A stretch of 64,000 nt of DNA from an uncultured Anaerolineaceae bacterium (GCA_964475265.1 CAYYVY010000008.1:4485-68484), one strand, 5' to 3'; shown: positions 35,551-45,901, counted from the stretch's first letter. Translations and numbers: made by a program. The notes: a model not told the origin generated them from the letters alone.

Positions 35551-36716
35551 TGACGACCAATGTAAAATCCCTCAACGATTTAATCGAATTGGCGAGTGCA
35601 AAACGGTTCCTCGACGTAGAACCGGCGGAAGAAATGGGGTTGGCGGAGCCGCTGGTTTTTCCGTATCTATCCATTGTGGGACAGCAGGACATGAAAGTCG
35701 CTCTACTTCTCGCCCTGATCAACCCACACATAGGCGGTGTGTTGCTTATCGGACCCAGGGGTACAGGCAAGACGACGGCCGTCCGAAGTCTGACCGATTT
35801 GATGCCGGTTGTTCAGCGCAGCCGCTGCGAATACGGATGTATGCCCGATGATATCGAAACCAGCGGCATCGACTCGGTTTGTCCGAACTGCGCACAGCGC
35901 TATGCGCAGGGTGAATCCCTGACATACACGGACCAGGTGCGCCTGTTCGAACTTCCCCTCAACTCCGGGTTGGAAGACGTGGTTGGTGGAATTGACGAAC
36001 GCGCCGCTGTTCACCAGAGACTGCGTTTGCGCCGTGGCATCCTCGCCCGCGCGGATCAGAATGTACTTTACGTTGATGAAATCAACTTGCTCGGCGACGA
36101 CATCATCGATGCCATCCTCGATGCTGCCGCTCAAGGCACCTATTCGGTCCATCGCGGTGCACTCGTGGCAACCTACCGCGCCAGATTCGTACTCATCGGT
36201 TCAATGAACCCTGAGGAAGGACGATTGCGCCCGCAAATTCTGGATCGTTTCGGACTGCGCGTAATCGTGCGCGGGCTGGAACACCGCAGCGATCGCCTGG
36301 AGGCCTATCGGCGCACGATGGCCTTCCGCAACAACCCTCGAAAAGTGATCCAGGAGTATACGGAAGCCACGGTATTATTCCGGGACGAATTAGAACTCGC
36401 CCGAGAACGCCTACCACAAGTGACGCTCACAAAACAATCAGAGACTCTGGGACTGAAATTGATTAAGGAGTTGGGAGTGGATTCCTTGCGTGCGGAAATT
36501 ACACTCTTCGAGGCCGCAAGAGCCTACGCGATCGCCGATGGGAGGGAACACGCCAATCCGCAGGACATACGAACCGTCGCACCGACGAGTTTGCGTTTGC
36601 GTCGTTCGCAGTTCATGCAAGATTACATTTCTTCCGTCTCCAAAGAAGAAGCGGAAATCCACGAGTTGTTAAAAACGAAGAAACGTTCCCCTGAGAAGAA
36701 AAGTCAAAGAAAATAA
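35550..36716 (+). CDS. Mg-chelatase subunit I (ChlI/BchI)-like AAA+ ATPase
   Basis: It has FPYLSIVGQQDMKVALLLALINPHIGGVLLIGPRGTGKTT, Walker B VLYVDEINLL and FVLIGSMNPEEGRLRPQILDRFG. A Cys-containing insertion is present (RCEYGCMPDD...CPNCAQRY). Confidence 0.8.
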   Translation: MTTNVKSLNDLIELASAKRFLDVEPAEEMGLAEPLVFPYLSIVGQQDMKVALLLALINPHIGGVLLIGPRGTGKTTAVRSLTDLMPVVQRSRCEYGCMPDDIETSGIDSVCPNCAQRYAQGESLTYTDQVRLFELPLNSGLEDVVGGIDERAAVHQRLRLRRGILARADQNVLYVDEINLLGDDIIDAILDAAAQGTYSVHRGALVATYRARFVLIGSMNPEEGRLRPQILDRFGLRVIVRGLEHRSDRLEAYRRTMAFRNNPRKVIQEYTEATVLFRDELELARERLPQVTLTKQSETLGLKLIKELGVDSLRAEITLFEAARAYAIADGREHANPQDIRTVAPTSLRLRRSQFMQDYISSVSKEEAEIHELLKTKKRSPEKKSQRK

Positions 36717-36768
36717 ATTTTCGTAGGCAATCTCCCCCCGAGTGAAGAACAGTACGGATAGAAAACGA

Positions 36769-36795
36769 AATAGGCCGGATTTACGCCGGCCTATT
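36769..36795. terminator. bidirectional intrinsic terminator
   Basis: AATAGGCCGG (36769-36778), a 7-nt loop, CCGGCCTATT (36786-36795). It lies between convergent genes, with T-rich flanks on both strands. Confidence 0.75.
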
Positions 36796-36816
36796 CTTTG
36801 CGATGTTCCTCAACAC

Positions 36817-37053
36817 TTATTTCAGCTTGGCTTCGATGTACTCTACGGCCTCGCCGACAGTCGTGATACTCTGAGCATCCTCATCGGAAATCTCGCCGCC
36901 GAATTTTTCTTCAAACGCCATAATCAATTCGACGAGGTCGAGCGAGTCTGCCTCGAGATCTTCGCGAAATCTCGCTTCCTGTTTTACTTTGGATTCATCG
37001 ATTCCGAGTAACTCTACAATAATTGCTTTTACGTCTTCAAAAGTGTCGGACAT
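36817..37053 (-). CDS. acpP: acyl carrier protein
   Basis: It has the phosphopantetheine site [20 protein letters not shown]. The ATG (complement of 37051-37053) is preceded by GGAGG. The track GTG at 37080 adds 9 aa. Confidence 0.93.
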   Translation of the reverse strand: MSDTFEDVKAIIVELLGIDESKVKQEARFREDLEADSLDLVELIMAFEEKFGGEISDEDAQSITTVGEAVEYIEAKLK

Positions 37054-37202
37054 CAGGAGCCTCCTTGATTCTATGCTCACCTATGAGGATAATGGGGATT
37101 GTAAAACAGTCACGTCAGGTATACAAGCCCTATTTTTCAGATATACTCAACCTTAAAGTGCGCTGGATTTTGCAAGCGCTCACAACCTAGGAACACTTTG
37201 AT

Positions 37203-38234
37203 ATGACCAAAGTTACGCCGACTTCAATACGCAAATCGGATCACATTCGGATCAACCTCGAGCAGGACACACAATCGGGTCTTACCACCAATCTGGAGCG
37301 CTACCACTTTGCACACAACGCCGTTCCCGAGCTGAACCTCGACGAGATCGCCACGTCGATGATGTTTCTTGGAAAGCAACTGGCCTACCCGCTTCTGATC
37401 TCATCTATGACCGGAGGCACACCGCGAGCAACCGAAATCAACACCGCCCTCGCCGAAGCTGCACAGGAACACGGCATCGCCATTGGGTTGGGATCGCAGC
37501 GTGCCGCGATCGAGGATCCCAAACTTGCGAATACCTATTACGTCCGGAAGAGCGCGCCGGACATCGTCGTTTTAGCCAACCTCGGCGCAGTACAACTGAA
37601 TTACGGCTATGGAATCGATGAATGTCGCCGCGCCGTCGATATGGCGGAAGCGGACGGGCTGATCTTGCACCTCAATGCCTTGCAGGAAGCCTTACAACCG
37701 AACGGGGATGTCCGATTCTCCGGCTTGTTGAAGCGCATCGAAGATGTCTGCCAGAAACTCGAAGTGCCAGTTATTGCCAAGGAAGTCGGCTGGGGGATTT
37801 CAGCCGAGGCCGCCAGGAGACTCGTCGATGCGGGAGTCTACGCCATCGATGTGGCCGGAGCCGGCGGTACCTCGTGGTCGCAAGTGGAGCGCCATCGCGC
37901 CGAAACGAAATCCCAAGAAACGCAGGCGGCGATTTTTAAAGCGTGGGGAATACCAACCGCCGATGCGGTCGTCCAGGTGAGTGAGGCGCTGCCCGACGTG
38001 CCTTTGATCGCATCGGGCGGCTTGCGATCGGGCATCGATATCGCCAAGTGTATCGCCCTCGGCGCGGACGTGTGCGGCATTGCGGGACCATTTTTACATG
38101 CTGCCGCACAATCCACCGAACGTGTATCCGAAACCATTCACCAGTTTGCCAACGAATTGCGTATTTGTATGTTTGCAGCGGGCGCCGCCGACCTGCAAGC
38201 CCTCCAAGATATACCCCTGCGAATCGATCCATGA
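37203..38234 (+). CDS. fni: type 2 isopentenyl-diphosphate delta-isomerase (FMN-dependent)
   Basis: It has [20 protein letters not shown] and [11 protein letters not shown], the typical IDI-2 pattern. Confidence 0.9.
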   Translation: MTKVTPTSIRKSDHIRINLEQDTQSGLTTNLERYHFAHNAVPELNLDEIATSMMFLGKQLAYPLLISSMTGGTPRATEINTALAEAAQEHGIAIGLGSQRAAIEDPKLANTYYVRKSAPDIVVLANLGAVQLNYGYGIDECRRAVDMAEADGLILHLNALQEALQPNGDVRFSGLLKRIEDVCQKLEVPVIAKEVGWGISAEAARRLVDAGVYAIDVAGAGGTSWSQVERHRAETKSQETQAAIFKAWGIPTADAVVQVSEALPDVPLIASGGLRSGIDIAKCIALGADVCGIAGPFLHAAAQSTERVSETIHQFANELRICMFAAGAADLQALQDIPLRIDP

Positions 38235-39241
38235 AACCAGGCGATGTAACCCAACAAGAACAGATGCTGGCGGCGATCGAAGAAGACTTGCAGCGGGTCG
38301 TCGCAACCCTCGACTCTCCGATGTACTCCGAAATGCATCAGATGATCACCTACCACATGGGCTGGATGAATGCGCCCCATGCCCGAGGAAAACGGGTACG
38401 TCCATTGTTGACCCTGCTATCCTGTGCGAGCGTAGAAGGAATCTGGCAGACAGCCCTTCCAGCCGCATCGGCCATCGAGCTGCTGCACAATTTCTCCCTG
38501 ATTCACGATGATATCGAGGATCAAAGCGAGCTGCGTCGAGGGCGACCTACGCTGTGGTCGAAATGGGGAATAGAACAAGCGATCAACACCGGTGACGCTG
38601 TATTCACACTCGCGCACCTTTCAATGCTGCGCTTGAGGGAGAAACTGGCGTCAGTCGACTCTATTCTGCATCTTCTGCAGCAATTCGATCGTGCGTGCTT
38701 ATCACTGACGCAGGGACAACATCTCGATATCGCCTTCGAGACTCGAACCGCCGTCAGCAGCAGCGATTACCTGAGCATGATTGAAGGTAAAACGGCAGCG
38801 TTATTGGCCGCTTCCACCGCCATCGGCGCACAAATCGGCGCAGCGGAAGAAGAACGGGTGGAGCATTACCGGAGATTCGGCCAGCACCTGGGCCTGGCCT
38901 TTCAAATTCTCGACGACGTGTTGGGAATCTGGGGGGAACCGGCGCGCACCGGCAAATCACAAGAGGACGACATTCGATCCCGCAAGAAAACACTGCCCGT
39001 CTTGTACGCCATGGAAGCATCACCGGACATTGCCGAACTATGGGCCCAGAATGGTGATCTGGATAACACTGCGGACATTATCGATGCGCTCGAACAAGCC
39101 GGAGCGCGGGGATATTCATATCTTCAGGCAAAGGAACACACCCAACTGGCGCTTGCCGCCCTAGAAGCCGGATTACCCGCCGGGCCGGCTGCTGAGGCAC
39201 TTCGCAACCTGACGCGTGAATTATTGTCACGCGACCAGTGA
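38231..39241 (+). CDS. polyprenyl (geranylgeranyl-type) diphosphate synthase
   Basis: The first Asp-rich motif is [18 protein letters not shown] and the second is FQILDDVLG. The ATG at 38231 overlaps the fni stop (ATGA). The track start at 38048 lies inside fni. Confidence 0.88.
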   Translation: MKPGDVTQQEQMLAAIEEDLQRVVATLDSPMYSEMHQMITYHMGWMNAPHARGKRVRPLLTLLSCASVEGIWQTALPAASAIELLHNFSLIHDDIEDQSELRRGRPTLWSKWGIEQAINTGDAVFTLAHLSMLRLREKLASVDSILHLLQQFDRACLSLTQGQHLDIAFETRTAVSSSDYLSMIEGKTAALLAASTAIGAQIGAAEEERVEHYRRFGQHLGLAFQILDDVLGIWGEPARTGKSQEDDIRSRKKTLPVLYAMEASPDIAELWAQNGDLDNTADIIDALEQAGARGYSYLQAKEHTQLALAALEAGLPAGPAAEALRNLTRELLSRDQ

Positions 39242-39290
39242 ATAATCAATCCGAACCAACGCACCACTAGCTCGTTAGTCCTTCCGCACG

Positions 39291-39318
39291 TTGCACGTCT
39301 AAGCTCTCATGCTATAAT
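39291..39318 (+). promoter_or_regulatory. probable sigma-70 promoter of the kinase/phosphatase/vWA/FHA operon
   Basis: TTGCAC (39291-39296), a 16-nt spacer, TATAAT (39313-39318). It lies 28 nt upstream of the ATG at 39346. Confidence 0.55.
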
Positions 39319-39345
39319 TTCCGAATAATAGGGGTAGCGAGGTAG

Positions 39346-41220
39346 ATGCGGAAAAGTACAAAAGCGCTCGAGGGACAAACGGAACATCTCGAACGCATAC
39401 AGCCTGGCACGACACTCCAAGATCGCTATTTGATTCTTGGATTGCTTGGCGCGGGTGGTATGAGTAACGTCTATAAAGGGCGAGATCTCCATTTTCCGAA
39501 CGTCCAAAAGCTCGTCGCCATCAAGGAAATGACCAGCATGGTCACAGATCAGACCATGCATGAAATGATCGTCACAAACTTCGAACGAGAAGCGGATCTA
39601 CTGGCTACGCTGTCGCACCCTGCAATCCCTCGAATTTACGACTACTTTATCCATAACAACAGCTTGTATCTGGTGATGGAATTCATCGATGGCCTGGATT
39701 TAGAAGCCTTACTCGCTGAAAGCGAAGATTTTCTATCGGAACAACAAGTTGTTGAATGGGCCATCGAACTGTGTGATGTACTCAGCTATCTGCACCACCA
39801 CCAGCCGGAACCTGTAGTCTTTCGTGACATGAAACCCTCCAACATAATGATCGACCAGCACGGCCACATCCGGCTGATCGATTTCGGCATCGCCAGGGTG
39901 TTTCAACCCGGTCAGAAGGGAACCATGATCGGGACCGAAGGATATTCTCCACCAGAACAGTATCGAGGCGAGGCCTCACCGCCCGGCGACATCTACGCGC
40001 TTGGCGCAACGCTGCACCATTTATTGACCAGACGCGATCCCCGCATCGAGCCTCCGTTTTCGTTCGCGGAACGACCGATTCGCGAGATCAATGCGGATGT
40101 CTCTCCCGAACTCGAAGCCGTAATCAATGCGTCGCTCGCATACGATCCCAAGAGTCGCTATCCCAGTGCGGAACAAATGAAGCAGGCCTTGATGGGCGTC
40201 GTGCAAGAGACCGGTATTCTGGTGAAACCGCGCACGGCTGCCATTGTTAGTACGGGAGATTCCGTCGAACCGATTTGGACGTTCGAATGCGAGGATGAAA
40301 TTCGCGGAACGCCCCTCATCCATGACGGGACGTTATATATCGGTTGTTACGATAACAATTTATATGCCTTGAACGCTGAAACCGGTGATTTCCTCTGGAA
40401 GTATGCTGCAGAAGGAGGCATCACTGGAAAACCGGCCATCGAATCTGACGTGATCTTCATCGGTTCCGAAGACAATTGCTTGCACGCCATTTCAGCTGAG
40501 CACGGCAAACTCGTCTGGATGTACTACGCCGAAGGACCCATCCGCTCATCCCCGGCCGTTTCGGACGGTCATGTTTTCTTCGGCGCAGATGACAGCCGCA
40601 TACACGTGGTCAATATGATTACCGGTCGGAGAGCCTGGCGGGAGAACACAAGCGGCCCCATCTGGTCCTCTCCAGCCGTCCATCAAGAGCGCGTGTACTT
40701 TGGATGTGAGAGCGGTGATTTTTACTGCTACGATTTTCGCGGTGAGCAAAAATGGCGTAAGAAAATTAAAAGAGCGGTCACCTCATCTCCGGCCATCGCC
40801 AACGGAATGGTCTTTTTCGGTTCGAAAGATTGGACGCTCTACGCGCTCGAAATCGAAAACGGTTGGCAGGTTTGGCGCTTCAGGATGGGAGGGCCTACGA
40901 TCTCATCCCCCGCCTACGCGGACGGAAAAATATTTATCGGCTGTGGCGATAACAACATTTACGCCATCCAGGCTAAACATGCCCGCGAGGCTTGGCGTTT
41001 TACCACGGAGCATCAAGTCACAGGATCGCCGATCGCGCATGAAGATTCGATCTACTGCGGATCCGTTGATGGCTCACTCTATTGTTTAGAATTTCGTTCC
41101 GGACGCTTGCGCTGGCGCTTCGACACCGGCAGCGCGATCACAGGTACTCCAGCAATTGCGAATAACAAAGTGTACATCGGATCGACCGACCATAAAATTT
41201 ACGCGTTGCTGCTTGTGTAA
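39346..41220 (+). CDS. Ser/Thr protein kinase with C-terminal PQQ-type beta-propeller repeats
   Basis: Hanks motifs are GAGGMSNVYKG, VAIK, HRDMKPSNIM-like (FRDMKPSN), DFG and GTEGYSPPE. The C-terminus has about 7 repeats of the type G.LYIGC.DNNLYAL....G...W. Confidence 0.9.
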   Translation: MRKSTKALEGQTEHLERIQPGTTLQDRYLILGLLGAGGMSNVYKGRDLHFPNVQKLVAIKEMTSMVTDQTMHEMIVTNFEREADLLATLSHPAIPRIYDYFIHNNSLYLVMEFIDGLDLEALLAESEDFLSEQQVVEWAIELCDVLSYLHHHQPEPVVFRDMKPSNIMIDQHGHIRLIDFGIARVFQPGQKGTMIGTEGYSPPEQYRGEASPPGDIYALGATLHHLLTRRDPRIEPPFSFAERPIREINADVSPELEAVINASLAYDPKSRYPSAEQMKQALMGVVQETGILVKPRTAAIVSTGDSVEPIWTFECEDEIRGTPLIHDGTLYIGCYDNNLYALNAETGDFLWKYAAEGGITGKPAIESDVIFIGSEDNCLHAISAEHGKLVWMYYAEGPIRSSPAVSDGHVFFGADDSRIHVVNMITGRRAWRENTSGPIWSSPAVHQERVYFGCESGDFYCYDFRGEQKWRKKIKRAVTSSPAIANGMVFFGSKDWTLYALEIENGWQVWRFRMGGPTISSPAYADGKIFIGCGDNNIYAIQAKHAREAWRFTTEHQVTGSPIAHEDSIYCGSVDGSLYCLEFRSGRLRWRFDTGSAITGTPAIANNKVYIGSTDHKIYALLLV

Positions 41221-41251
41221 TACATACTGGCTAGACAGGACAACATAGCGG

Positions 41252-42148
41252 ATGCAATTCCTAAAAAAGACCCTCAAGCGACTATTTGGAAATCTCGGAC
41301 GCTCCGACACAACGACAGCCGCAGCATCAGCAAGGTATGGTGCTTCTGCGTCAACTGCATGGTCATTAACCTGCGAGCAATCGATTCAGGTCGGCACGGG
41401 CCACTCCACCGGTGTTGTGCGTTCACACAACGAAGATGCGCTTTTCGTTTTAACTGGAAATGCATTCGGCGATGATCCGCTCGATGGATTTGGACTTTTT
41501 CTCGTCGCGGATGGCATGGGCGGGCATCGAGCAGGTGAAGTCGCCAGTGCCGTTTCCGTACGAACTGTCGCTAAAAGGCTGACAGAAGATACGATTATTG
41601 ATTTATTGGCACATGAACCTCAAAATGACACCAATGCCATTCAAGAAATTCTACGTCTTGCGCTTCAGGATGCAAATCAAGCCGTGGTAAATAAGGTGCC
41701 CGGAGGCGGAACGACATTAACGGCCGCACTCGTTCTCGACGGCCAGATGGTCATCGGGCACGTCGGCGACAGTCGTGCATACGTGATCGAAAACGATTCG
41801 ATGAAAGCGATCACTCGAGATCATTCGCTCGTGGAACGCCTGCGGGAACTCGGACAGCTCACAGAAGAGGAAGCAGCCGTACACCCACAGCGCAATGTGC
41901 TCTACCGGGCAATCGGCCAGGGAGCGAACCTCGAAATCGACACATTAACCCATCCCGTTCCGAAGGGTGGTTTTTTACTCCTCTGCTCGGATGGTCTGTG
42001 GGGAGAGGTTCCCGAAGATGTGATCTATCGCATTATTTCCGGTTCCAACCATCCACAGGAAGCTTGCGAAGCCTTGGTCCGAGCTGCCAATGCTGCAGGC
42101 GGACCGGACAATATCACAGCAGTGTTGGTGCAATTTCCGAAGGATTAA
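41252..42148 (+). CDS. PP2C-family Ser/Thr phosphatase
   Basis: It has NEDA, FLVADGMGGHRAGEVAS, VGDSRAY, LLCSDGLW and GGPDNITAVLV. Confidence 0.9.
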   Translation: MQFLKKTLKRLFGNLGRSDTTTAAASARYGASASTAWSLTCEQSIQVGTGHSTGVVRSHNEDALFVLTGNAFGDDPLDGFGLFLVADGMGGHRAGEVASAVSVRTVAKRLTEDTIIDLLAHEPQNDTNAIQEILRLALQDANQAVVNKVPGGGTTLTAALVLDGQMVIGHVGDSRAYVIENDSMKAITRDHSLVERLRELGQLTEEEAAVHPQRNVLYRAIGQGANLEIDTLTHPVPKGGFLLLCSDGLWGEVPEDVIYRIISGSNHPQEACEALVRAANAAGGPDNITAVLVQFPKD

Positions 42149-42161
42149 AAGGGGCGCATCA

Positions 42162-43643
42162 GTGTCTAGTGAGAGGGATTACTACTCAATCCTCGGGGTG
42201 CCGAGAAACGCCACGCTAACCCAGATTAAACATGCGTACCGGCAAGCCGCATCCCGCCTTCATCCGGATAAGAACGTCGCGCCGGGTGAAACAGAGCTGT
42301 TCCTAGACGTCAGCCGCGCCTACGAAGTTCTCAGCGACGCGGAACAAAGAGCTGCCTACGACGAAGAATTGCAGAGCTTGGAAGAGAAACTCGTTGAGGA
42401 ATCAATTTTCCGCTGCACCATCACCCACAGTCGATCTCAAATCCTGCGACTGGACGAACCCCAGGTACATTACGTACTGATGGATATCGAGACCTCCGCA
42501 GACCTGCCGGCGACTCGCCCACCAGTCAATATGGCCATCGTTGTCGACCAATCCACGTCGATGCGCGGTCAACGCCTGGATCGTGTTCGTGCTGCGACGC
42601 TTACCATCCTGAACGACATGCAACCTGAAGACGATGTTTCCATTATTTCGTTTAGCGATCGCGCCGAAGTCATCATCTCTCCGGAACAGGCAAAGGATCT
42701 TAAAACTGCGCGTGCCCGCCTAAGCCTGCTGCAAGCGGGTGGCGGTACGGAGATCGCGCAGGGCATGGAAGCGGGCCTGGCGGAAATCGAAAACAATCTG
42801 CGTAAAGAAGCCGTCAACCAGATGGTTCTGCTCACCGATGGCCGCACGTACGGCGATGAAGATGAATGTATCGCGCTGGCGACAAAGGCGGCCTCACAAG
42901 GGATATCGATCAATTGTATTGGAATCGGATCCGACTGGAGCGACCGCTTGCTGGACGATCTGGCCACTCGCAGTGGCGGGAGCGTCGTTTTTCTCAACTC
43001 GCCCAAAGCCGTCCAGGATCTGCTTGAAGAAATCTTCACCTCCCTCGGCATGGTCGTTGCCAGCCGTATGCGTATCGAAGGCGCGATTGGGCAACAGGTC
43101 GATTTACGTTCGGCATTCCGCATCCAACCCAATCCCATGCCGCTTGGGGACGTTCTGCCAATGTCATTGGGACACCTAATGCGGGATACACAAATCCGTG
43201 TGATTCTAGAGCTGGTGGTACACCCAATCGGAGACGTGCAGACATTACGGCTTACACACATGAACATTACCGGAGACATTCTATCCGGTGAGTCGGAGAC
43301 GACCTCCCTGCCGGTTAACTTGCAGATCCCCGTCTCCCGGGATCCGGACCTGGAACCCCCGCCCGACACGATCGTTGATGCGTTGAATCTGATCGCCTTA
43401 TATCGCATGCAGGAGATGGCGCGCCACGAATCCGAATTGGGTCAATCGGTGCAAGCTGCAAAACGGTTGGAAAACTTGGCCACTCATCTGATCGCCTCCG
43501 GAGAGCGAGATCTGGCGAAAGCAGCTTTGAGTGAAGCCGTTCGGCTTTCCCGCACCGAACGCATATCCAGTGAGGGTGAGAAAATCTTAAAGTACGGCAC
43601 CCGTGCGTTGCTCTTACCACCCTCCGAGAAGATGAGGCAATGA
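42162..43643 (+). CDS. J-domain (DnaJ-like) / von Willebrand factor A fusion protein
   Basis: The J-domain has DYYSILGVPRNAT and the HPD motif (RLHPDKN). The vWA MIDAS is VVDQSTSMRG ... GGGTEI ... LLTDGRTYGDE. The GTG at 42162 follows the PP2C stop by 13 nt. Confidence 0.85.
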   Translation: MSSERDYYSILGVPRNATLTQIKHAYRQAASRLHPDKNVAPGETELFLDVSRAYEVLSDAEQRAAYDEELQSLEEKLVEESIFRCTITHSRSQILRLDEPQVHYVLMDIETSADLPATRPPVNMAIVVDQSTSMRGQRLDRVRAATLTILNDMQPEDDVSIISFSDRAEVIISPEQAKDLKTARARLSLLQAGGGTEIAQGMEAGLAEIENNLRKEAVNQMVLLTDGRTYGDEDECIALATKAASQGISINCIGIGSDWSDRLLDDLATRSGGSVVFLNSPKAVQDLLEEIFTSLGMVVASRMRIEGAIGQQVDLRSAFRIQPNPMPLGDVLPMSLGHLMRDTQIRVILELVVHPIGDVQTLRLTHMNITGDILSGESETTSLPVNLQIPVSRDPDLEPPPDTIVDALNLIALYRMQEMARHESELGQSVQAAKRLENLATHLIASGERDLAKAALSEAVRLSRTERISSEGEKILKYGTRALLLPPSEKMRQ

Positions 43644-44155
43644 TCGAATGCCCCTCCTGTAAGCACCAGCATTTTGTCGGTACACTATACTGCAGCGAAT
43701 GCGGGACGAGGCTCGCCCCTTCAAACCCTGCACCGACAATGACCGGAGCGAGGCATCAAGCGATCGAAGATCCAGCTGTAACCAAGCCACATATTCCCGA
43801 AGGACCGGAACTGCACACTGGCGCGCTGATGGGATTGCGGGTTCTATCCACTGGCGACGTGGTCTCACTTCTGGGGAGGTCCAACTATACGCTCGGTCGT
43901 TCGATAAAGGAGCAAGCTGTCGTCCCCGATATCGATTTGGCCAACTATGAAGCTTACGATTACGGCGTGTCCCGGTTGCACGCAGAAATGAAAATTGAGA
44001 AAGATGGTGTGTATGTCATCGATCTCGAAAGTGCAAACGGCACATTGATCAATGGACAGCGGCTGGAGTCACTCAAACCGACTCCCCTGCTCCATGGAGA
44101 TGTTCTCCAACTCGGGCGGATGCAGCTGCAACTCATTTCAAGGTACCACAGGTAG
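43640..44155 (+). CDS. zinc-ribbon / FHA-domain protein
   Basis: The N-terminus has CPSCKHQ...CSECG. The FHA core is YTLGRS...VSRLHAEM...VYVIDLESANGTLINGQRL. The start overlaps the upstream stop (ATGA). Confidence 0.88.
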   Translation: MIECPSCKHQHFVGTLYCSECGTRLAPSNPAPTMTGARHQAIEDPAVTKPHIPEGPELHTGALMGLRVLSTGDVVSLLGRSNYTLGRSIKEQAVVPDIDLANYEAYDYGVSRLHAEMKIEKDGVYVIDLESANGTLINGQRLESLKPTPLLHGDVLQLGRMQLQLISRYHR

Positions 44156-44164
44156 AGGTGAAGA

Positions 44165-44407
44165 ATGCCCATAAGTGTTCTGGTTCATTTGAGTGGTGAA
44201 GATCCCGTACTCGGCGAAATCGAAGAACTTCCCAGTACGACGGATACTACCATCATCGTTAATAACCCGCGCAAACGCGACGAGAAAGATTTACCTTACC
44301 TCGCTGAAACGGTCGTGAGTGTTATGTGGCCGATGCACCGCATCAACTTCATTGAAATCCTGCCCACACGCGAGGAAGAAGATCTGATCGGTTTCGTGCG
44401 AGAGTGA
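44165..44407 (+). CDS. hypothetical acidic protein (80 aa)
   Basis: The ORF is packed 9 nt after the FHA gene and 6 nt before the response regulator. I recognise no family. Confidence 0.45.
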   Translation: MPISVLVHLSGEDPVLGEIEELPSTTDTTIIVNNPRKRDEKDLPYLAETVVSVMWPMHRINFIEILPTREEEDLIGFVRE

Positions 44408-44413
44408 GCGCGC

Positions 44414-45139
44414 ATGACTGACGATCCCTCACGACGGCGGCGAATCCTGGTCGTCGATGACGAACCTCGAATGATCCGGGTCATTCGTATGAATCTCGAA
44501 CATGATGGCTTTGAAGTACACGAAGCGCCTTCCGGCACAAAGGCGCTCGATAAATTGCGCGATCAGATCCCGGATCTCGTGATACTGGACGTGATGATGC
44601 CGGACCTGGACGGGTTCGAGACTCTGCGTTTGATCCGCGAAATTTCCACCGTCCCCGTCATCATGTTGACAGCAAAAGGGGAAGAGGACGATCGTGTGCG
44701 TGGTCTCGAATTGGGCGCAGATGATTACATCACGAAACCCTTCAGTCCCCGTGAGCTGGTCAGTCGAGTGCGTGCTGTGCTGCGTCGGACCGAGATGCCC
44801 AGCACGCCCACGCATGAAGTAATCGAAGTCGATGATCGTTTGAAATTGGATTTCGACCGGCGAGAAGTGTGGGTGGACGGAGAACTTGTCAACCTGAGAC
44901 CAACCGAATATCGACTTCTCTACCACCTGGTGCAGAATTCAGGTTGGGTCGTTCCCCACGAACAACTGTTAGCCAAGGTCTGGGGCTACGAATACCGGGA
45001 CGAGACTCACTACCTGCGTCTTTATATCAACTACTTGCGCAAGAAGCTGGAAAAAGATCCTTCGAATCCAAAATACATCCTCACCGAACGCAGCGTAGGC
45101 TATCGCTTCGTCGACTATAAAAGAGACTCAGATTCGTAG
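44414..45139 (+). CDS. OmpR-family response regulator (REC + winged helix)
   Basis: It has [29 protein letters not shown] and [12 protein letters not shown]...[14 protein letters not shown]...GYRF. Confidence 0.92.
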   Translation: MTDDPSRRRRILVVDDEPRMIRVIRMNLEHDGFEVHEAPSGTKALDKLRDQIPDLVILDVMMPDLDGFETLRLIREISTVPVIMLTAKGEEDDRVRGLELGADDYITKPFSPRELVSRVRAVLRRTEMPSTPTHEVIEVDDRLKLDFDRREVWVDGELVNLRPTEYRLLYHLVQNSGWVVPHEQLLAKVWGYEYRDETHYLRLYINYLRKKLEKDPSNPKYILTERSVGYRFVDYKRDSDS

Positions 45140-45247
45140 GTCCCGAAAAACCCCTCGACCTGAAACGCGAACCCATCGCCTATCAGGATCGGCTTGTTAT
45201 CCCTTATTGACTCGGGTAGAATCTGACTGAAAGGGGAATGAAGATTT

Positions 45248-45901
45248 GTGACGCGTCAAAGAATACTCGTTGTCGATGACCACGAAGTCGTACGACTGGG
45301 ACTACGCGCGCTGCTCGATGAGCATCCGAATTTCGAAGTCGTCGCAGAAGCCGCAACGGCCCGCGAGGCGATTGAGAAGACAGAATCTTATAAGCCGGAT
45401 GTGGTCGTAATGGACATCCGCCTGAAAGGCGGTTCTGGAATCGAAGCCTGCCAGGAAATCATATCTTCCTCCCCGGATGTCAAAGTCATCATGCTGACGT
45501 CGTACGCCGAAGACGAGATGCTGTTTTCCGCCATCCGTGCCGGAGCCGCCGGATACGTTCTCAAACAGATCGGGGGAGACGACCTCGTGCGGGCGATCGA
45601 AGCGGTAGGACGTGGTGAGGCACTGCTTGATCCCACCGTCACCCAACGGGTTTTTCAAGAGGTCCGGAAAGCTGCGCGTGAAGAAGAGGCTTCCGCGTTT
45701 GCCGAGCTGACCCAGCAGGAGATGCACGTATTACAGCTCGTTTCGGAAGGACGTACCAATCGCCAGATCGCGGAAATGCTCTACCTGGGGGAAGGAACGG
45801 TACGAAACTACGTCAGCAGCATCCTTTCCAAACTCAACGTACGCAATCGAGCGGAAGCTGCTGCGTATGCCGTGGAACACAATCTCAAGGATTATCTCTG
45901 A
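45248..45901 (+). CDS. NarL/LuxR-family response regulator
   Basis: It has [20 protein letters not shown] and the Lux[47 protein letters not shown]. It uses a GTG start. Confidence 0.92.
   Translation: MTRQRILVVDDHEVVRLGLRALLDEHPNFEVVAEAATAREAIEKTESYKPDVVVMDIRLKGGSGIEACQEIISSSPDVKVIMLTSYAEDEMLFSAIRAGAAGYVLKQIGGDDLVRAIEAVGRGEALLDPTVTQRVFQEVRKAAREEEASAFAELTQQEMHVLQLVSEGRTNRQIAEMLYLGEGTVRNYVSSILSKLNVRNRAEAAAYAVEHNLKDYL

Noticed and set aside
35550-43643. Pairing the ChlI-like ATPase (35550) with the vWA protein (42162) as a split ChlI/ChlD-type or MoxR/vWA system.
   Set aside because: They are 5.5 kb apart, separated by convergent terminators and unrelated genes (acpP, fni, the prenyl synthase). 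They belong to different transcription units.
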